Source of the DNA: Elusimicrobiota bacterium
GTDB taxonomy: Bacteria; Elusimicrobiota; Elusimicrobia; Elusimicrobiales; UBA9959
Length of the DNA: 46,919 nucleotides
Assembly: GCA_036574205.1 (NCBI GenBank)
Contig: JAINCQ010000042.1
Span: 1-46,919 of the forward strand
Direction: 5' to 3'
Both the position numbers and the translations under genes were made by a program. Below are positions 20,361 to 30,815 of this stretch, piece after piece (the stretch's first letter is position 1; each line of letters begins with the position of its first letter). The notes beneath the pieces were generated by a model. The model was not told where the DNA came from. It did no database searches and was given only the letters and a program-made list of their open reading frames with translations.

Positions 20361-21498
20361 AATTTTAATCGTGTTTTTGGGATTATCTTTGGTTTCTTTT
20401 GATGTTAAGGTGAGGATATTATCAAACAAGAAACTAAACAACGTTGTTTTAACCCCTATAAATGATTCTTTAATTCTAATGGATGGAAAAGAATTTAAAA
20501 ATCCCATTAAGATTTATGCGTATAACGATGAAGTGAAAGTTGATTTTATGGGGAAATTAGTTTTAAAAAAGAAAAATGTTGACATAAGTATAAAAGAGGA
20601 AGCAAAAATTAAATTTACAGGCGGTGAAAGATATTATAAAGGAAACCTAAATTTTAAAAGTGTAGGTGGTTATCTTTTTATTGTAAACTCTATTAATATT
20701 GAGGATTATGTTGCTGCGGTAGCTGCAAAAGAGACTGCTAATATGAAAAATTTTGAAGCAATTAAGGCAAACGTTATCGCTATAAGAACTTATGCAATAG
20801 CTGCGGCAAACAGGCACATTAAAGAGGGTTATAATTTTTGCGACCTTACTCATTGCCAGCTGTATGTTGGATTTAAGGATATCTCTGAAAAAATTTATAA
20901 AGCTGTAAAAGATACTGAGGGGGTTATTATTACTTATAAGGGCAAACCTATATGGGCGATGTATCATAGTGTCTGTGGGGGAAGGACTGAAACTGGGTTT
21001 GATGTTTGGGGATATGATACAATGCCATATTTGGTTTCTGTCAGAGATGAAATTAACGGAAAGTATTTCTGTTCATCAGCCTGGGGTTATAGATGGAGAA
21101 CAAAAATATCAATAAAAAAATTTGAAAGTTTTTTAAAAAAGGGAATTATAAAAAAAAATGAAAAATTTATTAATATAGGAAATGTTTATTATACAGATGG
21201 TGGACGTGTAAGAGAATTTGAAATTATAACGAATAGAAGGAAAATATCAATCTCCGGTATAAATTTTTATCACAGAATAGGAAAAGCTCTTGGATGGCTT
21301 GTCATAAAAAGCACCGCCTTTGAAATAACCAGGGAGAAAAAATACATTATATTTAATGGTAAGGGCTATGGACATGGCGCTGGGATGTGTCAGGCAGGAT
21401 CTGATGGTATGGCGGGTTTTGGCTATGATTATAAAGATATATTGAAACATTATTATAAGGATATAAAAATAGTAAAATTTGATTATGGGAATAATTAA
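20329..21498 (+). CDS. SpoIID/LytB-domain lytic transglycosylase
   Basis: EAIKANVIAIRTYA, CDLTHCQLY, GYGHGAGMCQ, ILKHYY; likely start ATG 20329. Confidence 0.9.
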   Translation: MHISFRNIYLKILIVFLGLSLVSFDVKVRILSNKKLNNVVLTPINDSLILMDGKEFKNPIKIYAYNDEVKVDFMGKLVLKKKNVDISIKEEAKIKFTGGERYYKGNLNFKSVGGYLFIVNSINIEDYVAAVAAKETANMKNFEAIKANVIAIRTYAIAAANRHIKEGYNFCDLTHCQLYVGFKDISEKIYKAVKDTEGVIITYKGKPIWAMYHSVCGGRTETGFDVWGYDTMPYLVSVRDEINGKYFCSSAWGYRWRTKISIKKFESFLKKGIIKKNEKFINIGNVYYTDGGRVREFEIITNRRKISISGINFYHRIGKALGWLVIKSTAFEITREKKYIIFNGKGYGHGAGMCQAGSDGMAGFGYDYKDILKHYYKDIKIVKFDYGNN

Positions 21499-22267
21499 TG
21501 CATTTTTTTTAGGGCTTATTCAGGGAGTCGGAGAGTTTTTGCCAATATCCTCTTCCGCTCATCTTTATCTTTATTCATATTTATTAGGATTTGAGTATCA
21601 GGGGCTTTCTTTTGATGTTATGCTTCATATGGGGACACTTTTTGCTATTTTTATCTATTTTTTTAGTGATTTGAAAAATATTTTTTTAAATGCTGTTAAA
21701 GATTTTAAATCTTATGAGGCTAAGTTTTTGTTTTATATATTTATAGCGACTATACCTGGAGCGGTTGCTGGAGTTTTATTGGAAAATATTGCAGAGAGGG
21801 TTTTTAGAACGCCTCAGATTGTTTCATTAAGTTTAATAATATTTTCGTTTGTTATGTTTTTTATTGATAGAAAATATGGAGGCAGTAAAACAGAAAAAGA
21901 TTTTAATTTAAAAGATGCTATTATAGCCGGGGTGTTTCAATCAGTAGCAATAATTCCGGGGGCTTCAAGGTCAGGGATGACTATTATAGCTTTGCTTTTG
22001 ATGGGGTACTCAAGACATTCAAGCGCAAGGATATCTTTTTTTATGGCAATACCAATAATATTTGGCGCTGGAATTTTTGAAATAAGAAAATTTTCAATGG
22101 TTTCTTTAAATGGAGAGTTTATTATCGCTTTTTTGTCAAGCTTCTTATTTGGCATTTTATCTATAAAATTTCTCCTTTCATATCTTAGAACTAATAATCT
22201 TTCAATATTTGTTATTTATAGATTGCTGCTTGGGGTATTAGTAATTTTAAAATATTTTATTTTTTAA
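21485..22267 (+). CDS. uppP: Undecaprenyl-diphosphate phosphatase
   Basis: QGVGEFLPISSSAH, PGASRSG, multiple TM helices. Confidence 0.95.
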   Translation: MGIINAFFLGLIQGVGEFLPISSSAHLYLYSYLLGFEYQGLSFDVMLHMGTLFAIFIYFFSDLKNIFLNAVKDFKSYEAKFLFYIFIATIPGAVAGVLLENIAERVFRTPQIVSLSLIIFSFVMFFIDRKYGGSKTEKDFNLKDAIIAGVFQSVAIIPGASRSGMTIIALLLMGYSRHSSARISFFMAIPIIFGAGIFEIRKFSMVSLNGEFIIAFLSSFLFGILSIKFLLSYLRTNNLSIFVIYRLLLGVLVILKYFIF

Positions 22268-22325
22268 ACATTGCTTTGCACATTTTTTGCTTTTCTTATT
22301 TTTTTATTATGTATAATAATAAATT

Positions 22326-23363
22326 ATGGAACATAGGTTTGTTTTAAATAAAAGGTTTATTGTAAATATAATAGTTGCAATTTTTTTCCTTTTTATAATA
22401 TATGGTTTTATAAAATTAATATCTCCTTTTGTTATCTCCATATTTCTTGCAATTATATTTTCTGTGATTTATTACCCCATATACGATTTTCTTATTTCCA
22501 GAAAAATAAATAAAAATATTGCCAGTGTTATGACTCTTTTATTAATGCTTTTTACTTTTGTTTTACCTTTAATAATCTTTGGATGGTTGCTTTTTAAGGA
22601 AGCTAGAGTTATTTATCCCGAAATGGCGGAGTATATCAATAATATCTCTAATTTTAAATTAAATATTCATGGATTTATACCAATTTCAAATATAGATTTA
22701 AAAGAGATAATTGTTTCTAACTTTGAAAACATACATAAGGCTATAATGAAAACAGGATTATCAATAATTAAAAATATATTTATGTTTTTCGTAAACTTTT
22801 TTGTTATGATTATATTGATGTTTTTTTCATTTAAAGACGGAAAGTATCTTTTGAAATGGATTATTGAGATAATTCCTTTTGACTCTGGATATATAGAAAG
22901 GATACTGTCCAGATTTTCGCAGACGACAAACGCCATAATGCGGGGTGTGCTCCTGACTGCTTTTATTCAGGGAATTGTAGCCTCTATCGGTTATTATATA
23001 GCAGGACTTTCTTCTCCAGTTCTTTTAGGCTTTTTTGTAATTTTTTCAGCCTTAATACCTTTTGTTGGCACAGCTACAATAACTATTCCAATTACAATCT
23101 ATGTTTATTTCAATTATGACCTTACTATGACTATTTTTGTGCTTATCTGGGGTGTTTTTGTGGTCGGACTTATAGATAATATCATAAGACCTTTACTTAT
23201 AGGCAAAGACGCGCAGCTTCCAATTTCTCTTGTTTTTTTAGGACTTGTCGCGGGTATAAAATCTTATGGCCCTGTCGGTTTGTTCCTTGGACCGATTTTT
23301 GTTTCTATCATAATCACCATATTAAAAATATATAAAGAAAATATACAATCAAAAAACGCTTAA
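22326..23363 (+). CDS. AI-2E family transporter
   Basis: LIPFVGT, DNIIRPLLIG, GLFLGP; multi-TM. Confidence 0.9.
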   Translation: MEHRFVLNKRFIVNIIVAIFFLFIIYGFIKLISPFVISIFLAIIFSVIYYPIYDFLISRKINKNIASVMTLLLMLFTFVLPLIIFGWLLFKEARVIYPEMAEYINNISNFKLNIHGFIPISNIDLKEIIVSNFENIHKAIMKTGLSIIKNIFMFFVNFFVMIILMFFSFKDGKYLLKWIIEIIPFDSGYIERILSRFSQTTNAIMRGVLLTAFIQGIVASIGYYIAGLSSPVLLGFFVIFSALIPFVGTATITIPITIYVYFNYDLTMTIFVLIWGVFVVGLIDNIIRPLLIGKDAQLPISLVFLGLVAGIKSYGPVGLFLGPIFVSIIITILKIYKENIQSKNA

Positions 23364-23468
23364 AAAATTAAAAAATAAGTTTACATAATTTGTCTTTAAG
23401 ACTTTTTAATATTTTTGTTAAATTATTAATTTGTAGAATTTTATTATGAAACTTAAAGGAGGAATATC

Positions 23469-24503
23469 GTGAAGTATCATGTAATAGATAAAAAGAATAT
23501 AGATTCTTTTATAAAAGGTTTGCTAAAGAAGATGAAGGTTGTCGCCCCTGTTAAAAAAGGGAATGGCAATTATGTTTTTCAAGAGGTTACATCAAGTCAG
23601 GATATTGCGTTTGATTATATACCTACCATCATCCCACCTAAAAAATATTTTATGCCGCCTAAAGAAAAAATTATTGAGTTTAAGAAAAATGGAGAATTCA
23701 AAGAAAAAGCGGTTATAAATGTAGAAAAGATAGCTATTTTTGGAGTGCATACCTGCGATTTAAGCGGTTTGCAGTGTTTAAATATAGTCTTTAATGAAAA
23801 GCCAGTTGACCATAATTTTTTAATGAGAAAGGAAAATATATTTATAATTGGACTTGAATGCAATTCTTATTGTGATGAATATGCAAGTTGCGCTCTGGTC
23901 AATGCCCATCTTCCAAATGGCGGTTATGACCTATTTTTTACAGATTTGGGGGATAGATATATAATAAATGTTAATACACAAGAAGGCGAGGAATTTGTTG
24001 AGAATATGAATCTTTCACAGGTTTCTTCAAAAGATCTGGCGGATCTTGAAAAAATAAGGGAAGAAAAAAAGAAGATATTTAAAAACGAAATTAATGTTGA
24101 CCCTTCTAAAATACCGCAGATATTTGAAAAGGCATATAATTCAAAAGTCTGGGAGGATGTTGCATCTAAATGTCTTTCTTGCGGGAACTGCACAAATGTT
24201 TGTCCAACCTGTTATTGTTTTGATATGCAAGATAAGGTTAATTTAGACCTTGCAAGCGGCGAAAGGATAAGAATCTGGGATTCATGCCAGTTTGAGACAT
24301 TTGCTAAGGTTAGTGGTGGAGAAAATTTCAGAGAAGAAAGATCTTTAAGGCAGAGGCATAGGGTTTACAGGAAATTTAAGTTTCCAGTTGATAAATACAA
24401 CAGGTTTTTCTGCACTGGCTGTGGAAGGTGTTCTAGAACCTGCATGGCTAAAATCAATCTAAAAGAAATACTTGTTAATATAAGCGAAGAGACTAAATTC
24501 TGA
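23469..24503 (+). CDS. Group 3b [NiFe] sulfhydrogenase beta subunit (4Fe-4S)
   Basis: CLSCGNCTNVCPTCYC and CTGCGRCSRTC; first gene of a four-gene operon. Confidence 0.9.
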   Translation: MKYHVIDKKNIDSFIKGLLKKMKVVAPVKKGNGNYVFQEVTSSQDIAFDYIPTIIPPKKYFMPPKEKIIEFKKNGEFKEKAVINVEKIAIFGVHTCDLSGLQCLNIVFNEKPVDHNFLMRKENIFIIGLECNSYCDEYASCALVNAHLPNGGYDLFFTDLGDRYIINVNTQEGEEFVENMNLSQVSSKDLADLEKIREEKKKIFKNEINVDPSKIPQIFEKAYNSKVWEDVASKCLSCGNCTNVCPTCYCFDMQDKVNLDLASGERIRIWDSCQFETFAKVSGGENFREERSLRQRHRVYRKFKFPVDKYNRFFCTGCGRCSRTCMAKINLKEILVNISEETKF

Positions 24504-24517
24504 TAGGGAGAAAGATT

Positions 24518-25372
24518 ATGAAAACAAAAGAGAAAGAAATTGTTGAAATAAAAGAGTCAAACTGGATTTATAGAAAAGGTATTATAATAGACTCAAAGAT
24601 GATGACACAAACTGAAAAATGGTTTGATATAAAATTAGATGATGGAGAATTGGGGCATGAACCCGGACAGTTTGTTCAGGTGGAACTATTTGGAGTAGGG
24701 GAAGTTCCTATTTCTATATGCTCATCACCTACTAAAAAAGGCAGTTTTGAACTTACTATAAGGGCTGCTGGAAGAGTTACAAGAGAAATTCATAAACTTG
24801 GCAATGGGGATAGGGTAAACATAAGGGGTCCTTTTGGAAGACCTTTTCCGGTTAAGCAGATGTTTGGAAATGATATTTTATTTGTAGCAGGTGGTCTTGG
24901 CATAGCACCTTTGAGATCTTTAATAAATTATGTTATGGATAACAGAAAAGATTTTGGAAAAGTTGATATCCTTTTAGGATGTAAAACTCCTAAAGATATG
25001 CTTTTTTATGATGAGATAGAAAAATGGGGAAAAAGGATGGATATAAACTTTGCCTGTACGGTTGATAAATCCGCGCCAGATTGGAAAGGAAATGTCGGTC
25101 TTATAACAACATTAATTCCCGGAATTAATCTAAATCCTGAAAGGACATATGCTGTTGTTGTTGGTCCGCCAATTATGTATAAGTTTGTGATAGCCGAGCT
25201 TTTAAAGAAAAAAATTCCAGAAAGGCATATAGTTCTTTCGCTTGAAAGACATATGAAGTGTGGAATGGGAAAGTGTGGCCATTGCCAGATAGATCATCCA
25301 AAAAATTATTATTGCTGCAAAGATGGACCGACCTTTACCTATGATGAAGTAAAAGAAGCAAAAAAATTATAA
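24518..25372 (+). CDS. Sulfhydrogenase gamma subunit (FAD/NAD(P)-binding, 2Fe-2S)
   Basis: PGQFV, RGPFG, AGGLGIAP, MKCGMGKCGHC...CKDGP. Confidence 0.92.
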   Translation: MKTKEKEIVEIKESNWIYRKGIIIDSKMMTQTEKWFDIKLDDGELGHEPGQFVQVELFGVGEVPISICSSPTKKGSFELTIRAAGRVTREIHKLGNGDRVNIRGPFGRPFPVKQMFGNDILFVAGGLGIAPLRSLINYVMDNRKDFGKVDILLGCKTPKDMLFYDEIEKWGKRMDINFACTVDKSAPDWKGNVGLITTLIPGINLNPERTYAVVVGPPIMYKFVIAELLKKKIPERHIVLSLERHMKCGMGKCGHCQIDHPKNYYCCKDGPTFTYDEVKEAKKL

Positions 25373-25381
25373 GGAGTAATT

Positions 25382-26179
25382 ATGGCTAATACAAAAGAAA
25401 TAAATACGAAACCTAAAGTTGCGTTTTTTGACTTTGCCTGCTGTGAGGGTTGTCAGTTGCAGGTGGCAAATCTTGGAGAAACTCTTTTAGATCTGCTTGG
25501 TGTTGTGGATGTAGTTGAGTTCAGGGAGGTTATGAGTGAGAAGTGGGATAAGGATTATGATGTGGTATTTATAGAAGGTTCTATTGGAGATCATCACGCA
25601 GAAGAAAGAATTAAAAAAATAAGGGAAAGATCAAAGATTCTTGTTGCCTATGGCTCATGCGCTGCGCTTGGAGGGGTTAATGGAATGAAAAACTCTTTTG
25701 ATATAGAAGAGATAAGGAAATATGTCTATGGAGATAAAGCTCATTATTTTGATGTTAAACTTACAAAGGCGGTGGATCAGGTGGTTAAAGTAGATTATTA
25801 TATATATGGATGTCCGGTTTATTTGCCTGAGGTTGTTGAGGTTATAAAATGTATTTTAAGAGGTGTTCCATATGCCGTACCTGATAAACCTGTATGCAGT
25901 GAGTGTAAATTGAATGAAAATGTATGTTTATATGAGAAAGGAGTTGTCTGCCTTGGACCATGGACTAAAGCTGGATGCAATAGCTGGTGTACTAATAACG
26001 GTAACATATGCTATGGCTGCCGTGGCCTTGTATCAAATCCGGCAAAGAATGCCGCAAAGGATATAATAAAGGAATATAATGTTAATGAAAAAATAAAGAA
26101 TTTAGGAGAAGATTTGATGAATAAAAAGTTTGATATGTATAATAAAGCAAAGGAGGTTCAAAATGGGAGCAAAAAATAA
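25382..26179 (+). CDS. [NiFe] hydrogenase small (delta) subunit
   Basis: CCEGCQ, GSCA, GCP, VCSEC, CLGP, CYGCRG. Confidence 0.92.
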   Translation: MANTKEINTKPKVAFFDFACCEGCQLQVANLGETLLDLLGVVDVVEFREVMSEKWDKDYDVVFIEGSIGDHHAEERIKKIRERSKILVAYGSCAALGGVNGMKNSFDIEEIRKYVYGDKAHYFDVKLTKAVDQVVKVDYYIYGCPVYLPEVVEVIKCILRGVPYAVPDKPVCSECKLNENVCLYEKGVVCLGPWTKAGCNSWCTNNGNICYGCRGLVSNPAKNAAKDIIKEYNVNEKIKNLGEDLMNKKFDMYNKAKEVQNGSKK

Positions 26180-27494
26180 GGATTTAGATATAAAAGTTGA
26201 GTATGTAACAAGAGTTGAGGGGCATGGAAATATTATAGTAAACGTTAAAAATGGTAATATAGAAAAATGCGAATTTCATGTTGTTGAAACACCAAGGCTT
26301 TTTGAAGGAATGCTTAGAGGAAGAAGTATATTTGAGGCTCAGCATATTACTTCAAGGATATGCGGCATTTGTTCATGTGGACATTCACTGGCATCAATAC
26401 AGGCGGCAGAGGATGCTTTAGGATTTACACCGTCAAAACAGACAATAAAATTAAGGAAGCTTTTGCTTGATTATGAATTTCTTGATAGTCATCTGCTTCA
26501 TGTTTATCTTTTAGCAGCTCCTGATGCGTTGGGAGTTCCTTCATTTGTTCCACTTGTTAAAACTCATAATACCCTTGTTAGAAGGGTATTAAGAATGAAA
26601 AAATGTTTCAACGATGTTTGTGATATACTTGTTGGAAGACATGTTCATCCAATATCAGCAATTGTTGGGGGATTTACAAAACTTCCGAGACCAAAAGATA
26701 TAGATGCTATGATAGATACTCTTGAGGGTTTAAGAAATGATATGGATGATGTTATTAATCTTGCCTCAAAGCTTAAGTTTCCTGAGTTTTATAGAGAAAC
26801 TGAGTATGTTGCCCTGGTAAGCGATGATGAAGAGTATCCGCTTCTTGAAGGAGATATTGGCTCAAGCGATGGAAAAAGATTTAATAAAAAAGATTATAGG
26901 CTTGCCACAAATGAGTTTGTTGATCCAAGGTCCAGTGCAAAGTTTACAAAGCTTTCAAGAGAATCTTATATGGTTGGTGCTCTCGCAAGGTTCAATTTAA
27001 ATAGCAAGAAACTACATCCTAAAGCCAAAAAAGTGGCTAAAGATCTTAAATTGGAAGCTCCAAACTTCAATCCCTTTATGAATACGATAGCTCAGGCTGT
27101 AGAGATTGTTCACTGTTATGAACATGCGCTTGGTATACTTAAGGACCTCAAGAAAAATGGAGTTGATTTGTCTGAAGAAATAGTGGTTGGGATAAACGAA
27201 AAAGGAATTATTCCAACCAGAAGAGGAAATGGAGTTGGAGCTGTGGAGGTTCCAAGAGGCATATTGTTCCATAATTATGAGATAGATGAAAAGGGAATAA
27301 TAGAACATGCAAATTGCATAATTCCAACTAACCAGAATATAAATAATATAGAATATGATTTTCTTAAATTTTTACCTGAAATAATAAATGAGCCAAAGGA
27401 AGATATAAGGCTTAAGATGGAGATGCTTGTAAGAGCTTATGACCCATGCATATCATGTTCAGCCCATTATCTTAATGTAGAGTTTAAGGAATAA
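26163..27494 (+). CDS. [NiFe] hydrogenase large (alpha) subunit, group 3b
   Basis: TRVEGHG, L1 RICGIC, L2 YDPCISCSAH plus a short cleavable C-terminal extension; ATG 26163 after AGGAGG. Confidence 0.95.
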   Translation: MGAKNKDLDIKVEYVTRVEGHGNIIVNVKNGNIEKCEFHVVETPRLFEGMLRGRSIFEAQHITSRICGICSCGHSLASIQAAEDALGFTPSKQTIKLRKLLLDYEFLDSHLLHVYLLAAPDALGVPSFVPLVKTHNTLVRRVLRMKKCFNDVCDILVGRHVHPISAIVGGFTKLPRPKDIDAMIDTLEGLRNDMDDVINLASKLKFPEFYRETEYVALVSDDEEYPLLEGDIGSSDGKRFNKKDYRLATNEFVDPRSSAKFTKLSRESYMVGALARFNLNSKKLHPKAKKVAKDLKLEAPNFNPFMNTIAQAVEIVHCYEHALGILKDLKKNGVDLSEEIVVGINEKGIIPTRRGNGVGAVEVPRGILFHNYEIDEKGIIEHANCIIPTNQNINNIEYDFLKFLPEIINEPKEDIRLKMEMLVRAYDPCISCSAHYLNVEFKE

Positions 27495-27616
27495 GTGGTT
27501 ATCTACTAAATTTAATTTCGCTTTTAAAGAAGAATCTAAAAAAGATGAAGAGTTCATAAAGTGGTTTTATTCTGAAAACGCTTTTGAAAATATAAAAAAT
27601 TTTTAGTATTTAATAT

Positions 27617-27925
27617 GTAACTCGTTCTAAAGATTGGTAGTATTTTTTGGTTGGTAAACTTTGATAAGTCATTAGCAGGTTTTATAACCAGAGATAAAAG
27701 AATGTCCAGCGGTTTCCTGTGATTTAGTATTGCTGTTTGGAGTATATTTATTATGATGGAGTGTTTTTTTATTCCAGTTTGAGACCGATTACTGAAAATT
27801 ATCTTTCTTAAAACAACATTGAGTCTGATTTGTCTTTCTTAACGGTTATTTGTAGCTTCAATTTCAAAATGTTCAAGAAAAAATTAGTATTTCCTTGTTA
27901 TATTTAACAATTCTTTTTTTGTTTC
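27617..27925 (-). mobile_element. Degenerate IS66-family transposase 3' fragment with terminal repeat
   Basis: Minus strand reads KRIVKYNKEILI/(frameshift)FLEHFEIEATNNR*ERQIRLNVVLRKIIFSNRSQTG...ILQTA..KPLDIL, matching the IS66 NNxAERxxR...RK...RS..G motif. It ends at GTAACTCGTTC (27617), and IS66 ends begin GTAA. Confidence 0.75.
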
Positions 27926-28165
27926 TTCCTATTTGCTTTTTCAATTTGACCTGCCATACACCCCCTATTTATCTGTATTATCTATTTTAATAAAAAAATA
28001 AAATAAAGTCAGGGGGTAGGTGAAGTAACTGATTTTTTTGAAATAGGCAAGAAGGGGTGAAATATTAGAAAGCTATTGGACAGATTTTTAAGGACTTGGA
28101 GTCGTAGAATAATATTTGTAAATCTATTTAAAAGTATGTAATAAAAAATAGATATATCTCTAATA

Positions 28166-28418
28166 CCGGACTGACCGGAGCGGTCAGTCCAGGGTTTTAC
28201 CTTCCGGGAAGGTAAAACTGTCCCTTCCCCCTTAAATCTCCTCACCCTAACCCTCTCCAAAAAAGGAGAGGGGATATAACAGTTGAATCGTTCCGGAGGG
28301 TAATATTCATGCCTTGCTAATGCTTATTTCCCTCTCCCTTGATGGGGGAGGATTAGGGTGAGGGTGAAAAAAGAGAAGAAAATATGACAGTTAAAGCGTT
28401 TTGTAATGTAATATTCAT
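28166..28418 (-). repeat. Mosaic palindrome cluster, copy 2 (motif E, terminal palindrome, units C and A, duplicated terminal module)
   Basis: Perfect hairpins GGACTGACCG-gag-CGGTCAGTCC (28168-28190) and GTTTTACCTTCC-g-GGAAGGTAAAAC (28194-28218), plus boxC-like units. Confidence 0.93.
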
Positions 28419-28645
28419 CATATAGAGTTTAAATGATAGGGCTTATGGATTGTATGTTATGGTATTGAGAAATGTTACAAATGAGTGATTAAATTGGAAA
28501 AAACGTTGATGGGGTATTTAGACAAAATCACGAATATAGATATCTTACATTAATTTTATAACTTCAAAATAATAAGATAAAATATATTTAGAGTATTATT
28601 TAATGTTGGATTTTAGAAAGATAAGTAATTTTATGAGGAGGATAA

Positions 28646-29818
28646 ATGGCAATTATAAAGTTAAAAGATGATATATATTCAGTCGGTACTCTTGATTGGG
28701 ATAGAAGGCTTTTTGATGAGTTAATACCTCTTCCAGATGGAACCACTTATAATTCCTATTTTATAAAAGGAAAAGAAAAAAATCTGCTTATTGATACAGT
28801 TGATCCTACAAAAAAGGAAGAGTTTATAGAAAACCTCAAGAGTTTAAATCTTGAAATTGATTATATTGTTTCAAATCATGCAGAGCAGGATCATTCAGGG
28901 GCGATACCTGAAGTTTTAAAGTTATGGCCTAAAGCTAAAGTAGTTACCAATGAAAAATGTAAAGAAATGCTTAAAGAGCATTTATTGATACCTGATGATA
29001 AATTTATGGTTATAAAAGATGGCGAAAAGTTGTCTATTGGAGGTAAAACTTTTGAGTTTATTATTACTCCGTGGGTTCATTGGCCTGAGACAATGCTAAC
29101 ATATCTTATAGAAGACAAAATTCTTTTCCCATGCGATTTATTTGGTTCTCATTTAGCTCAAAGCGGTTTATATGCCCAGGATACTGCCAGGGTTTATTTC
29201 TCTGCTAAAAGATATTATGCTGAGATTATGATGCCTTTTAGAAATCATATAGTTGGACATATAAAGAGACTTGAATCTTATAAAATAGACATAATAGCTC
29301 CAAGCCATGGTCCTGTGTATAATAATCCCGGGTTTATACTTGATGCTTATAAGGATTGGATTTCTGACACTCCTAAAAAGGAAGTTATTATTGCATATGT
29401 TTCAATGCATGATTCAACAAAAAAAATGGCTCAATATTTAAGTGATAGGTTAATTGAAAAAGGAATTGAGTTAAAACTTTTCAATCTTACAAAAACCGAC
29501 ATAGGTGAGCTTGCAATGGCATTGGTAGATGCATCTACTTTAGTTGTGGCTTCCCCAACTGTTTTAGGTGGTCCTCATCCTGGCGCTTTATATTCTGTTT
29601 ATCTGGCAAATCTTTTAAGGCCAAAACTTAAATTTATTTCTGTAATTGGTTCTTATGGTTGGGGTGGAAAGATGATGGATGTTATTAAAAACACAATAGG
29701 AAATTTAAAGGCTGAATTGATACAGCCAGTTATTATAAAAGGTTTTCCAAAAGAATCTGATTTTAGGGCTCTGGATAATTTAGCTAACATGATTTTGGAA
29801 AAAAATTCTTCTTTATGA
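28646..29818 (+). CDS. fprA: Flavodiiron protein (A-type flavoprotein, O2/NO reductase)
   Basis: GTTYNSY, NHAEQDHSG, VHWPETM, PSHG, flavodoxin domain with GSYGWGG. Confidence 0.95.
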   Translation: MAIIKLKDDIYSVGTLDWDRRLFDELIPLPDGTTYNSYFIKGKEKNLLIDTVDPTKKEEFIENLKSLNLEIDYIVSNHAEQDHSGAIPEVLKLWPKAKVVTNEKCKEMLKEHLLIPDDKFMVIKDGEKLSIGGKTFEFIITPWVHWPETMLTYLIEDKILFPCDLFGSHLAQSGLYAQDTARVYFSAKRYYAEIMMPFRNHIVGHIKRLESYKIDIIAPSHGPVYNNPGFILDAYKDWISDTPKKEVIIAYVSMHDSTKKMAQYLSDRLIEKGIELKLFNLTKTDIGELAMALVDASTLVVASPTVLGGPHPGALYSVYLANLLRPKLKFISVIGSYGWGGKMMDVIKNTIGNLKAELIQPVIIKGFPKESDFRALDNLANMILEKNSSL

Positions 29819-30321
29819 ATGAAGAATTTAAAAAAGCTCTTATTCCTGAGGGTAAAACTATTCTGGTTGGTATTGGTAATGATTTAAGGGGGGATGACGG
29901 GGTTGGTCCTTATATAGCCAATAGACTTATTTCAAAAAACAATGAAAATTTCAAAGTTATAAATGCAGGTCCGGTTATAGAAAATTTTGTAGAGGAGATA
30001 ATAAATTTTGCCCCTTCAAAACTTATCATAATAGATGCAGCCTTTTTTAATGGTAAAGGTGGTCAGGCAATGGTTTTAGAGGAAGAAAAATTATCCGATC
30101 ATAACATAATTACCACTCATAGTATTCCATTAACTGCAATCTTAAAAATAATAAGAGAGGATTTAAAAAGCGTTAAAATATCTATTATTGGAATACAACC
30201 TGAGAAAATAGATTTTTCTGAGGAGTTAACATCAAATGTAAAAAAAACGGCTGATGAAATAGTTAATTTTTATAATGATCACTTAAGTTATGTTTCCTCT
30301 CCCTTGACGGGAGAAGGGTAA
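29815..30321 (+). CDS. Hydrogenase maturation endopeptidase (HycI-like)
   Basis: VGIGNDLRGDDGVG, IIDAA, TTHSIP, IGIQP; last codons and stop lie within repeat copy 3. Confidence 0.92.
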   Translation: MNEEFKKALIPEGKTILVGIGNDLRGDDGVGPYIANRLISKNNENFKVINAGPVIENFVEEIINFAPSKLIIIDAAFFNGKGGQAMVLEEEKLSDHNIITTHSIPLTAILKIIREDLKSVKISIIGIQPEKIDFSEELTSNVKKTADEIVNFYNDHLSYVSSPLTGEG

Positions 30322-30755
30322 GATGAAAGTGAAATAATAAAATCCCCTTGCTGACACTTATTTTCCTCTCCCTTGACGGGAGAGGATTAAGGTGAGGGTG
30401 AAAATAAAATTTCCTCACCCTAACCCTCTCCATGAAAGGAGAGGGGATATGTATAGCAAGGAGATGAATATAGAAAAAGAAATAAATGAGTGTTAAATTT
30501 CCTTCCCCCTTGATGGGGGAAGGGCAGGATGAGGGTGAAATAATTAAATCTTCTTGCTGATGCTTATATTTCCTCTCCCTTGATGGGAGAGGATTAAGGT
30601 GAGGGTGAAAAAGGAGAGGGGATTTGGTAGCAGGAAGATAGAAGCTTTTTAGGATGAAAAATAGCATAAACGACTGTTAAAATCCCTTCTCCATTGATGG
30701 GGGAAGGTGAAGGATGGGGTGAAAAAATGGGAGAATATTAAGGTGAGGGTGAAAT
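30293..30755 (-). repeat. Mosaic palindrome cluster, copy 3 (about six full and two half units)
   Basis: Repeated CCTCTCCCTTGA(T/C)GGGAGAGGATTAAGGTGAGGGTG and CCTTCCCCCTTGATGGGGGAAGG, plus an inverted C unit, with linkers shared with other copies. Confidence 0.95.
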
Positions 30756-30815
30756 AGAAAATATTAGAGCTTGAAGAAAAATTATTATAGATTTTAAAAT
30801 TAATGCGAGGTAACT

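Noticed and set aside
26163..27494. Selenocysteine-containing [NiFeSe] hydrogenase
   Set aside because: L2 is DPCISC with ordinary Cys codons and there is no in-frame TGA.
30263..30667. 134-aa minus-strand ORF with FHPHLNPLPSRERK repeats (also 28009..28260)
   Set aside because: It is a translation of the non-coding palindromic repeats; the frame is not preserved in other copies.
30293..30755. Repeat clusters as a CRISPR array
   Set aside because: Units differ in type and orientation, spacing is irregular, the linkers recur at other loci instead of being unique spacers, and no cas operon is present.
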